Of a stretch of DNA of 64,000 nucleotides, positions 25,212-37,294 are shown one piece after another. The first letter of the stretch is position 1; each line of letters begins with the position of its first letter. Below the pieces are notes generated by a model. It had not been told where the DNA came from. It made no database searches and worked only from the letters and a program-made list of their open reading frames with translations. A program made the position numbers and the translations under genes. This DNA comes from Octopus sinensis (lineage: Eukaryota), in contig NC_043000.1 in the NCBI RefSeq assembly GCF_006345805.1, positions 151,962,001 through 152,026,000 of the forward strand, given 5' to 3'.

Positions 25212-26456
25212 ACAACCATCCCATACACCCAGGAGATATATAGAAACCTCATACGCAAATGCGCAGCGCAACTACTTGAAATCTATTTGTTTAATTCACC
25301 AAGAAATCTGACTCCACGGCAACAGACTTAAAGAAGCACCCACCAAACCCATGTTTCTTATTACTAGCAAGAGTCATTACACTCAACAGCATAAACATAC
25401 CACTCACACAGAAGACAAAAATACTTGTGGTTATATACACCATCACAACATTCGCGCAGAATACATAGCTAGAAAATACACACACACACACGCACACACA
25501 CACGCACACACACACACACATACAGAGCGATAGAGAGGGGGAAGAGAGAGACGGACAGATAAACGGTGCAGAAAGATACTTAGCATAACCATGGCACAGA
25601 CACCCCATTTGGCCACCAAAATTAAGTATGAACAATATATTAAGATCCATCACAGACTAAGCCACGACTACCTGGTTCCGTAATAAATTTCAATAAACTT
25701 ATAAAGGACACAAAATGTAGACCATACCTGCACACTGTCAATACAACGAAACAAAATACTAAAAGTGAAATACCACCTGGACATACGAGAAGCGCAGTTT
25801 GTTATTTTAGCAAGCTTCAGCCCCTACGTTGCTTGTCACTTCACGGAAAACCATCCCCAAATACCCAGTCTCATATACCACGCTCCAGAAAGCAAGAACA
25901 TCTTAAAAGCAGGATCTCTCCCCGTCACATGCACGACAAACACAAACATATATAGAGATACACGCAACGTCAATAGCCACACTGGCTCCAAACACTGGGC
26001 CGGAATGTACACTACCAACAATAAATGCTGGGGTGCCGTGTTCATTTTTCTCCTCCGACCTTGGCCATAAACAGAATCTAAAGGCGTGTGGGAATAGACT
26101 GGGCAGTGCATTATATCCTGACCATCTCATTGCCCCGTTATGATTCATTACTGTTGGAATATCCCTTATGGTCCCCAGCAGGTAGAGATGTGGTGTAACT
26201 AGTAAAATGGATCGCGCCATAAGTTTACTTCATCAGGCACCACGCAACACCAACAAGCTGTGATCAGTTTATGAGTTTCAGTTCGTGGGTGTTTATGTCA
26301 GTTGCATCAAATTCACCTGAAACCCTCAGTGTTCTAGCAGTTAGGTAGCTTTCAATACCCATTTTGTATTTCCTCGTTTGTCCTGACATGTTGACTGGGT
26401 CTTTTGAGCCAAGCTTATTCATCCAAGTTTTTTAACTTCTATAGTTACTCAACGAG

Positions 26457-26846
26457 TGGAGGCGCAATGACCCAGTGGTTAGGGCAGCGGACTCGCGGTC
26501 ATAGGATCGCGGTTTCGATTCCCAGACCAGGCGTTGTGAGTGTTTATTGAGCGAAAACACTTAAAAGCCCCACGAGGCTCCGGCAGGGGATGGTGGTGAT
26601 CCCTGCTGTACTCTTTCACCACAACTTTCTCTCACTCTTACTTCATGTTTCTGTTGTACCTGTATTTCAAGGGGCCAGCCTTGTCACTCTCTGTGTCACG
26701 CTGAATATCCCCGAAAACTACGTTAAGGGTACACGTGTCTGTGGAGTGCTCAGCCACTTACACGTTAATTTCACGAGCAGGCTGTTCCGTTGATTCGGAT
26801 CAACCAGAATCCTCATCGTCGTAACCGACGGAGTGCTTCCATCACC
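26457..26846 (+). mobile_element. SINE family C
   Basis: Full copy; TSD ACTCAACGAG(T). Confidence 0.92.
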
Positions 26847-28089
26847 ACTCAACGAGTCGTCAGCTTACAGACAATTTCTTCTGTTTTACTCGATCTACCA
26901 TTACGATATGTTCTTCCCATTATCATGTATTACATATCATTTGTTATTTCATTAAAAACTAGAGTGAAGCGACGAAAGCCAAGGTTAAGATTTTGGTGGG
27001 TAGTACACATTTATACACTAAAATCCTTTCCAAATCCGCTGCTGATCATAAACTTACTTTTAACACTTTCATACATGATTTAAATTTCTTCCACACGAAT
27101 CATAGTTGCTAGCTTTTTCGTTGTCACCAGACACCAAGTTATGAGATGTCATCATACCTCTTTAGAGTCTTTAAAAATAAGGCAAAAATCTTAATTCGCA
27201 GCTTAGAAATTCTTTTTCTAATATTTCAACAGAAATATAGCTTCCGTAAACCATGAGCTGGTATAAACTCAAACTACATTATATAGCAATGTAACTACTC
27301 ATGTGATGTTGGCGATTTCTTTTCCTTCTTTGGACTTTTCCTTTTCTCCTTTCCGATAAAGAGCAATGCTTGAAACGTCAAACTCTCTGTTTTCACCAAA
27401 CGTCAAGCTAATATCTTTCTTGTGCACATCCTCTTGCATTCGTTTACTTTAATTGGTTGTTTATTTGAACTGACTATATATATATATATATACTATGCTT
27501 TTTTAATACAGTTGCAAAGGCATCGCAAAAAAACTGTTACTCAGAGTTTCACGTTCCGGTTCGCCGGACAGTTTTGGTGGAAATTCTCAACCAAAACTGT
27601 CAACGTGAAACTCTGAGTAACAGTTTTTGTGATGTCTTTAAAGTTTTATTAATAAAGTATATAACTCTACCTCCGGAATTCGAGTGCTAGTTTTCCACCT
27701 TGTTTCACATTTGTCGGCTTAATTTGGTATATGTGTGTGCGTGTATGTATGTATGTATGTATGTATGTATGTATGTATGTATGCATGTATGTATGTATGT
27801 ATGTATCTTAACTCTCCCCCCAAAAAAGCGTTGATAAGATTAACTCCACCAACTTTTAAGGTTGATCAATGTGTTTAAAACATTGATGTTTTTCTCGAGC
27901 TTTTCGTTAGCTTTCTAACAGCTGTTGACGGTAAAATTGTTAGCGCGTTGGACAAAATGCTTAGCAGCATTTCTTCCTGCTCCTTACGTTCTGAGTTCAA
28001 CTGCCTATCGACCTATCGAAGTCGACATTGCTTTTCTTCTTTTCGGGGTCCAGTTGAGCATTTGAGTTGATGTACTCACCTTACTCCAA

Positions 28090-28385
28090 CGGACCAGGAT
28101 AGGCGCGTTCTATTCAGTTCCAAGCAGATGTAGGCGGCGTTCCAGCAGCACTTTGCTCAACTCTTCTGAGTAAGCAATAGGTTAGAGACGATTATGGACT
28201 TTAGTGCCTACCTAGACGACCTCGGCGGCTCTTAACAGAAGAGGCAAGGACTGTGAAAGGCCAATATCAGCACCTGAAATACAAGTGTTATTGAGTGGTT
28301 GCGCAAGAGACAAATCGCTCGATGTGAATGGTCTGTCCATAGTTTATACCAGATCTGCTTGGCGACCTCTTGGGTCCAGAATTTG
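28090..28385 (+). pseudogene. Degenerate fragment of a Tx1-family ORF2
   Basis: AAFQQHFAQLF*, MDFSAYLDDL and SGCARDKS match GVFQQHFTQLF, VDFSAYLHAL and VGCARDKS in the intact ORF2. Confidence 0.75.
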
Positions 28386-28999
28386 AAACCATTATCATTA
28401 CGGAAGAATGAGTATGGTGAGTTGACCGAATCGTTAGCGTCGGAAAAAGAAACTCCTTGCGGCTCTTTACGTCCAGCGTTTAAACCCTACCGAGGTCAGC
28501 TTTGCTTCGGAGGTCGACAAAATAAAGCAGCAGTCAAATATCGATCGATAGTATTAACTAACTCTTCCACCGACATTTCAGGCCTTGTTCCTATATTAGC
28601 AACCATTATTAAGGAAAGAAAAGCTTCCCGTATCCAAGACAGCTTAGCTGCTAATAACACACTATCTTAGCCAAAGACATTATGTCGACATGAACTTTAT
28701 TGTCATTGATTCAAATAATTATGAATGACTAGATTAATTAATTCTCTCAGTGAAACATCTGGCTCTTCAATGAATAATTGTCTCCTTACTTGAAATATCA
28801 GAGGATCTATTTTTAAATCCTACCGGGAAAATAAAACAGACTGAAAGTGGGACATAAAAATCAAATTTAATGTTGTTTGTTGGGTGGGAATTTTAATTTT
28901 ATTAGATATCGAATGTATGTGTGTTAACATCTTTAACTGTTATATGTTTTGTTCCGGATATAACTTATGGTTTCTTCTGATATTAAATAGCATAAGTGA

Positions 29000-29506
29000 G
29001 GCGGCGAGCTGGCAGAAACGTTAGCACGCGGGACGAAATGCTTAGCGGTATTTCGTCTGCCGTTACGTTCTGAGGACGACTTTGCCTTTCATCCTTTCGG
29101 AGTCGATAAATTAAGTACCTGTTACGCACTTGGGTCGATATAATCGACTTAATCCGTTTGTCCTCTCTGTGTTTAGCCCCTTGTGGGTAGTAAAGAAATA
29201 GGTATTTCGTCTGGCGCTACGTTCTGAGTTCAAATTCCGTCGAGGTCGACTTTGCCTTTCATCCTTTCGGGGTCGATAAATTAAGTACCAGTTACGCACT
29301 GGGATCGATATAATCGACTTAATCCGTTTGTCTGTCCTTGTTTGTCCTCTCTGTTTAGCCCCTTGTGGATAGTAAAGAAACAGGTATTTCGTCTGCCGTT
29401 ACGTTCTGAGTAGCAATTAAGTAGCAGTTGCGTGCTGGAGTCGATCTAATCGACTTGCCCCTCTCCCCTAAAATTTCGGGACTTATGTCTAGAGTAGAAA
29501 AGGATA
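29000..29506 (+). mobile_element. Composite SINE: two family A units followed by a unit with a different tail (A')
   Basis: One head, junctions at 29200 and 29382, terminal unit ending CCCCTAAAATTTCGGGACTTATGTCTAGAGTAGAAAAGGA; 16-bp TSD TAAATAGCATAAGTGA (28984-28999, 29507-29522). Confidence 0.85.
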
Positions 29507-30170
29507 TAAATAGCATAAGTGACTTGAAGTGGTTATCACAAATCATGAATCAGTTCTGACATTCATTCCTAGAAATTCATTTCCATTTGTAGTGCTTTTA
29601 ATTAACTTCAGCTCAATTCCAATGATCAAAAGCGTTACAGTTGTGACCAGTCTTTTTTGATGGTTGGGTGTAATTCGAGGGAGATTTTGCTGATATTTCT
29701 TTCGTTGACTCATAACAGTGTTGGTTGAGTTTTGATGATGAAATTTTAAACCTGGCACTGCAAGCTAATGTAACAAGTGTCAACTATACAATGTCCCCAT
29801 TTTTGGGAGAGTAGTGAGAGATTTGTGATCTACGCAACCGACTTAGAACTAATAGAGAGGGACCCGGATACTAGAACTTGAACGTGTCCTTCTCGGCGCG
29901 AAAAGACTACAGAAACCGGATTGCCAGCTAGTCAATTTAAATCTGTCGAAAGCCTTCGTTGTAATTGATCGTCGCTACTGGTAGCAATCCTAAAAGCAAC
30001 CCAATTTGGATGCAGGCTAACTTACCGCTACTTCAGATTTTTCTAGGTGGCGAATCTGTATTTTCCTTTTGTAAAATATATATATTTTTTGTAGCTCATC
30101 TCTTTAATAGCGTCGCGGTTCTGCAACAAACCCATCCACCTACCCACAAAAAAAATTAGGTGCCTAGAAA

Positions 30171-30890
30171 TTGAGATGGAAATTCCTCCCCCCTCTCTCT
30201 GTTATATATACATAAATACGGAGGTAGTAGATAACACCTAGCCTTCGTCCGCCCTTTTGAACCCGGTTGTGTCCACTACTCTGATTGGTCGGTATTGGTG
30301 CAACTTGTCTCTTGCTCTATTGCGCGCCAATATGCAACCCAACCAATCGCAGCCTTCTGATAAAGTCACGTGAGACTGTCTCTTCTAAATCTCCGGTGAG
30401 CCAACTGCACCCTATAAAACTCTAGCTTCATATCGAGTCGAGGTCTTTCGTAGAGAGATGATGTTGATGTTAGGACGAATGGTGGCGACAGAGATGGAGG
30501 TCCTGAATGCTGCTGGACGAAGTTGATAGGTCTCCGTGTGGCTGCTGTTGTGTTGTCGCTGGAACTGGCTGTGTCCTGTGTGGTCAGTGGCTAGACCATA
30601 AAAGGTCTGAAACCGAAAGACCTCGACTTGATGTGAAGCTAGAGCTTCATTGGGTGCAGTCGGTTCACCGGAGGTTTAGAAGAGACTGTCTCACGTGACC
30701 TATTCAGAAGGCTGCGATTGGTCGGGTTGCATATTGGCGCGCAATAGAGCAAGAGACAAGTTGCGCCAATACCAACCAAACAGAGTTGTGGATACAACAG
30801 GGTCCAAAAGGGCAGCCGAAGGCTAGCTGTTATCTACTACGTCCGTATTTATGTATATTTAACAGAGAGAGAGAGGGGAATTTCCCTCAA
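30171..30890. repeat. Foldback element with ~275-bp inverted arms and ~163-bp spacer
   Basis: 30171-30450 is the reverse complement of 30614-30890, roughly 85-90% identical by eye. Confidence 0.9.
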
Positions 30891-31471
30891 GCGTACGCTA
30901 CAGAGTTATGGAGAACAGCTGTTGTTGCATATAGGATAAATATAACTACTGTCCGAATTCGTCACGAGATTCGCCCTACGACCCACCTTTAACAAGGCAG
31001 AGCATCCGGTTTTACTGTCTAATAGCTTTGGTGAAAGAAGTTGTGTGGTAAACGAAGCTGAAAGGAATGAGAACAGATACTTTCCTCTTCGGTCAAGTTC
31101 TTATTACCCCTTTAGGAAGTGCTTCCAGTGAATTTGTCAGATGGTGGGTAGCTATGGCAAAAGTGGTTAGAATCAATGGACCTACTCTAAGCATGTACCT
31201 ATAGATTGGAGAACTACAGTTCGGTGACGGCTTGTGTCCTTGGTAGTCAAGGTGATCTTGGATCTGTGGAGTTCTTTGATTGGCTCTAGTTGGAAGTTCT
31301 TCTTTAAGAGGAGGACTACATAATAGATGTGTTCTCATGTTTCGTATACTATGTATACTTTTATCTCATCTCTCTTCTTTCCCCCCATATTATATATAAA
31401 CCCCACACAGATTGTAAACTGTCTTTGTAATGTCACCCTTATTTTATGCTCCAAAGGTAAACAAATCATCA

Positions 31472-31507
<36 letters not shown>

Positions 31508-31509
<2 letters not shown>

Positions 31510-31896
31510 TTACTTGATTCAGTCATGTGGCTGTAGCCATACTGGAGCACCGCCTTTAGTCGAGCAAATCGACCCCCAGGACTCATTCTTTGTAAGCCTA
31601 GTACTTATTCTATCGGTCTCTTTTGCCGAATCGCTAATTGACGGGGACGTAAACACACCAGCATCGGTTGTCAACCGACGTTGGGGGACAAACACAGACA
31701 CACAAATATTTACATACATATATATACATATATACGACGGGCTTCTTTCAGTTTCCGTCTACCAAATCCACTCACAAGGCTTTGGTCAGCTCGAGGCTAT
31801 AGTAGAAGACACTTGCCCAAGGTGAAACGCAGTGGGACTGAACCCGCAACCATGTGGTTTGTAAGCAAGCTACTTACCACACAGCCACGCCTACGC
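31508..31896 (-). mobile_element. SINE family B
   Basis: Family B head, body and tail. Confidence 0.88.
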
Positions 31897-32391
31897 TTAC
31901 ACCTATTATTATGATCATCATCATCATTATTATTGTTATTGACAATTTGTATTTTTCTTTAGTTTAAGTAGATCATTTACTTAAATTGTCGACTGCAAAC
32001 AAAAAAAAAATTAAGAACAGGTAATGATTGGGATCTGACATGGACAGTGGCCAGGAAGAGAACAATTTTAAATCTATTTTACATTCTGTATTTATTATAT
32101 CTTAATGCCTTGCCAGTTAGACAATAGAAGGATCGAGATGGTACCATTGTTGGGCTGCGCTTAAGGCATCATTTGACCTTAATCTGATCCTTCTCATGCT
32201 AATACCTATATCGTTCACTCCCTTGTTTATGTTAATACTTAGATCGTTAAATCCCCTGGGAAAATAACGATCACCACATTTTTTTCGTTTTTCTCAACGA
32301 TGAAAATTTCAGGCCAATATTCCCTTTTAAGTCTAAACATTCTGTACCCATGAAGCTGTAAGGAGGTGTAGTGATGCTACAGTGTAGGGTT

Positions 32392-32460
32392 CGGCGCGCA
32401 TGCGCAGAATGGGACTACTTCCGGGTGGCCACCGGAAGTCTTCCCCATGCGCATGTGCGG
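32392..32460. promoter_or_regulatory. Symmetric NRF1-ETS-ETS-NRF1 motif cluster
   Basis: GCGCATGCGC (32396-32405), ACTTCCGG (32417-32424), CCGGAAGT (32432-32439), ATGCGCATGT (32447-32456). Confidence 0.5.
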
Positions 32461-34033
32461 GAACATCTCTCGAGCCCGCGAACCTCAAATCTCTCTCTTC
32501 GGCCAAGACAGCACTGCGATCGGTCACGGTTTTCCTGGCTCTGACAGCCACACACCAGCTTCAACCAACTTCAACCAACCTCAACGACCAACACCAGCAA
32601 TACATCAGAGGCTGTCTATTCCCCCATCAGACAACGTACAACCATGAATCAATAACCAAGTTGTCTGTTCACCTTAACCTGAGTTTCGTCTGTTTGTTTT
32701 CTACAAGAATTTTTGTATGTGACTAGAAAGGATCTCGACACCCTGCCAGTGCTTCGATGATAGATCCTTTCACGTTACAGAGGTATTTGAAAACATTGCC
32801 TTTTTGCGGTGTATCTAATCTAGTAAGTGTACATGACAAAGCCTATGTGGGGTAGAAAGGGCTCCTTAGCCGTAGTGAAGGCAATCTATCTAGGGAGATA
32901 ACCTTACAATAAATCACTCGGTCCGTAGCTTAGAAATACTGGGTTGACGTCCAGCGGGAACAGCTTTGTTTCATGGAGGAGGAAAGATCTTCTTTAGTAC
33001 TTGGTTGTACAATGCTTTCCAATGTGTGTAGTAGTGGTGCGCGCACACATTATTAGCCATTTGAAAAGACTATGAAAGTCTCGACCACGGTCGAACAATG
33101 ATGATGATGAAAGCCTATCCCTTATTAAACTTAACCCACGAGAAGAGTTTTCACTCAGTTTAGTAAATTATTGAAATACTCGTCAATTATGCAGTTCTCA
33201 TAAATAAAATTAGTGGGAGTGTTGCTTCTGAAAATGTTTAGCCGTTGTTTTAATATTGTGTAAAAGGAAAAAAAAAAAACATATCAAAAGAATATTTATA
33301 CATAAACTTGATCGGTAAGCGTTTTAGCCACTGCCTAGTGGTGTGTTTAATTTGTTCACGGAACTTCGCTGCGAATTTCCCCTTATTTTTCACCCCAACC
33401 ACCTCTAAATCACAAAATAAGCGGGGCGGAAACCAGCCTTATTTTTCAAATCCTGGCAGCAACACAGAAGCTGGAAGCAAGATAATAATCTAATTCTACC
33501 CCTTATCACATTCAAGAATATAAACATGTTTTTAAGCACAACACACGCGGGGTCAAAAAGAAACACTACCTTTCACCGGCACTGTCGTTCACGCAGTGCT
33601 CTCTTTCCCTAGCGTGAAGCGCATAACAGCCAAATACTGCGTCGCTGGAACTGTGAAGCGCACAGTTCTATTCAAGGATTTTTGTATTTTTTCATAAACT
33701 AAGGGATGGCTACTGATATTAAGCTTAAGTATCATATAATGTACAAGTATAAAGAAAGAATTAGAAATAAAAGGACTCATTATATTGAAAGTTATCGATA
33801 ATATCGAGTGGAAATGGAGGGGTGCAGTTCCGCAGTGCCTATACACGGGCTGCCACAGGTTCTCTTGCTGCCTATTGTGATTGCCGTTCTATAAGTAGCA
33901 ATGGTAACGCGATACAAACCCATCGGCGCAGTTCTCTAAGCAATGACATTGACCAAATCTTCAAAGACGATGAAAAGGCAATATACCAGTTTAAATTATT
34001 ATAGTTTTGTGCCTATAAATTCTAAGTTTAAAT

Positions 34034-34200
34034 CGAGTGTGGGCAAACCTTTTACAAGAAGTGGGCCGCATGAAACATGGCTCATGATCAGGAGGGCCGC
34101 ACTATTAAAAGAAAAATGAAGGTAATGTTTCGTTAGGTGTGCCATTCAGAAAGTCCCACGAGCCGCTTGATGCCCGTGGGCCGCGGGTTGCCCACGAGTG
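34034..34200. mobile_element. hAT-type MITE
   Basis: Degenerate TIRs CGAGTGTGGGCAAACC / GGGTTGCCCACGAGTG; TSD GTTTAAAT/GTTTAAAC (7 of 8). Confidence 0.7.
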
Positions 34201-36322
34201 GTTTAAACCTCCCACTAGAAACGATTTTGACTTTTATTTCCTTCAGGTCGATGAAAATAAGTACAAAAATATATACTGAGTACGATTTCATCAAGTGTAT
34301 CCTAAATAAAAATTGGCTTCATGCCTACACCGCCCACCCTAACACATACAAAAAAAAATCAATATATAAAGTTTGTGGCAGCTGCTTTGGTGCGACAATC
34401 AGTTTTCATAAACCGAGTCTTTGACCTGGTTTCCATTCTATTTGAAAATTTTCGCGTACACCGTTATTGCTTAAAAAAAAATAACACCGAAAATTTTAAT
34501 AAAGCGTAATTCATATTTTTCGAATTTCTCCTCCTTAAACAAAATCTGAAGGCTTTAATGCTTATATAAAACATCATTATTTGAAGTACAAAAGCAGTAG
34601 AATGTCGAACGATATGTTCTTACACCATTGTACTTTACACACCCACACCTATCTTTTAACCTTAAATTTTAGCTGTAGTAGACTTTACCTTTCAACTCTT
34701 CTACCTTGAGGGTGTCTGTGAGAAAATGAGCACTAGTTATTCATTCCACTATACCCATCTCTTGCAAATGTATAGTCTTGTGCCATCCAGCAACAAGGAT
34801 TGAATAAAACCACAATAATGTGTATTTTATATACAAAATTTCGCCCACGAATCCAAGAATATACCTTTCACCACCCGAAACAATTTATGGATCGTAACCC
34901 CAAAATTTGAAAACGCTGCTAAAGATCTATTTTGCCTTTTATAGATTTATGCTAATCGATATTTCGTCAGAATATTGATTTTTAATGGTTTCCTCACAAG
35001 TACATCTTGTGATGGCAGCAGCCTTACCACCAGCAGCAGCAACAACAACAACAATAGAACACACATTTTCATGAATTAAAAAAAAATATGATTCAAAATA
35101 TTTACTTGTTGGTATTTCATTCAATTTTTGGTTAAAACATTTTAAATTGTGAATTACGATGGCAGCATTGATGACAAGAATGTAGGCGGTATTAATGTTA
35201 CTGTTGGTGGTGGCTGCGGCGGAGGTAGTGGTGATGACGAAATGACAGAAGTGAGAAAGAGGTTAATTGATGATAATTATGATGATGATGATGATGATGA
35301 AGATGATGATGGTGATGATGATGACAGCGGTAAAGAAAACGACGATGACAGTTGTAATAATGTTGAGTAGGAATAATATACGGATGGATATAATGATAGT
35401 ATCGTTACTGTTTTAGTCCCTGGTTAACCTCGATCAAGAAAAACCTACAATAAAAATTTAAAAAACCATTCTGTCCATGATCATCTTATTTTCTTGTTTA
35501 TGAAGATTTACATTATCTACTGTGTCCTTTATTTAAAACAGCAGCTGAGATTGATTTGAAAGTTATTTGGCTGCTATTTCTTGTAGGTCAAACGGCCACG
35601 AATAGACTCCCTTGCTATCTCACGAAGATTATGATGATGGCAGTAGAGCTGGTGATGACAATATGATGATGACGACGACGACGACGACGATGTTGCTGAT
35701 GAAGATGATGATGATAATAAATATGTATAAGATAGCTGGTTCATTAGTATGACAATTTGAAATTATTTTTTTTGTTACAGTAATCGGAAAAAAAACAAAA
35801 AAAAAAAACAATACACTCACTTTCCGGAAGAAAATATAAATGATACATTAAAATTCCAATGAATAACAGTAAATCTATGTCTAAAAAATAAATCCAGAAT
35901 TTATTAAATATCATTTTACGTAATAAAAGAATTTCTTCATTGAGTTTAATACCATTTCTACTTTCTCTATTACTCTTACTCTTCCCCCTCAATTCTACCC
36001 GCCTCCCCCTCCGCTGTAGACACACTCTTTCTTTGCAATCATTCATTCTCTCACTCCCACCCTTTCTTACTCTCTCTCTCTCTCTGTCTCTCTCTCTTCC
36101 CCCGCATCACTACCGATACAAGAGTAAGACAAAGATAAGGACGTCTGAATATATTATCATAGATAATATTTTACAGTTTCTTGTATTTAATCAATGCATG
36201 ACGACAACTGTGTAGTGAACACAATTAGTCGGCGGCTGGTTGTTGGGGTGGTTTTGTAAAAATCACCTGCGCAATTATAAGCAGGACTTGTACGTTTTTA
36301 AGGGAAGCTGAGAGCTGCTAAC

Positions 36323-36408
36323 ATGGATATCGCAGCGTCATCTCGCCGAAAAGCACTGGCTATCAGGCAATGGACTGTACAACGGAAAAACCTTGTGAAT
36401 ATCTGCAG
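36323..36408 (+). CDS. RUNDC3: RUN domain-containing protein 3, coding exon 1 (MDIAASSRRKALAIRQWTVQRKNLVNIC-R)
   Basis: In-frame TAA at 36299 precedes the ATG; resembles the VERKNLITVCR segment of RUNDC3A/B; donor AG|GTAAGA; phase 2 joins the 57366 exon in frame. Confidence 0.85.
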
Positions 36409-36983
36409 GTAAGATATCCGTTGAACTAGAAACATAGAAACATAAGATACACATCACACATCACACACATACAAATCGAATCACCTGGTTTCATCTATTC
36501 TTAATTGGATCGCCGTGTAACGAATTTTAGAATTTAATTAACAAATGACAGGTCTTGTTTTCTTCTTAGTAACCTAACATACTTACCATTATAATTATAA
36601 ATTGCATGTTTAGATAAGGAATAGACTTTTTTTCCCCTCCTTATAACCATCATTAATTCGTTTAATTGATTAATTAGACACGACACCTTTCTTACAAAAA
36701 CAAACCTCTCCCCTATGTTTCGTGTCATCGTGTTTGTGAATGTTCTGCATACAGGCATAACTGTTTATTATATTATATTAGAATAACACTTAGAATTGGT
36801 TTAAATAAGTTCCTTGTTTGATGCTATTTTGAAAATAACTGTTTCTTACGTTTTTGTTTTTGTTTAATATTAATTACTCAGTGTTATCAAGATCGAAAGA
36901 TCTGTTTATATGAATAACTTCGCTGAAATATGATCTGATTTGAATATCGAAAACTATTGTAATTTGATGTTTAAAAAAATACC

Positions 36984-37294
36984 TATTTCTTTACTACCCA
37001 CAAGGGGCTAAACATAGAGGGAACAAACAAGGACAGACATAGGTATTAAGTCGATTACATCGACCCCAGTGCGTAACTGGTACTTACTTTATCGACCCCG
37101 AAAGGATAAAAGGCAAAGTCGACCTCGGCGGATTTTGAACTCAGAACGTAGCGACAGACGAAATACCTATTTCTTTACTAAACACAGAGGGGACAAACAT
37201 GGACAGACATAGGTATTAAGTCGATTACATCGACCCCAGTGCGTAACTGGTATTTAATTTATCGACCCCGAAAGGATGAACGGCAAAGTCGACC
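36984..37294 (-). mobile_element. SINE family A dimer, 5'-truncated
   Basis: Two tails, same junction at ~37167, no head. Confidence 0.85.

Larger units (their letters stand above)
23746..26320 (+). pseudogene. Heavily decayed LINE RT relic (I/Jockey-like) carrying nested insertions
   Basis: IPRIWKL, SSKILERR, HGFRLQHSSTTA and ILVNTNINKAFDSIPR, the last resuming after the 24016-24559 insertion. Clade and 3' extent are uncertain. Confidence 0.55.

Noticed and set aside
28299-28670. 123-aa ORF or RT-like frame
   Set aside because: Runs across a Tx1 relic and a decayed SINE; the apparent RT similarity overlaps the SINE tail.
31325-31375. Minus-strand GTATAC-ATA-GTATAC-GAAACATG hammerhead-like motif
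   Set aside because: No recognisable CUGANGA box or helix I.
35149-35370. Acidic 73-aa ORF
   Set aside because: Built from (GAT)n/(GGT)n low-complexity sequence; no splice or homology support.
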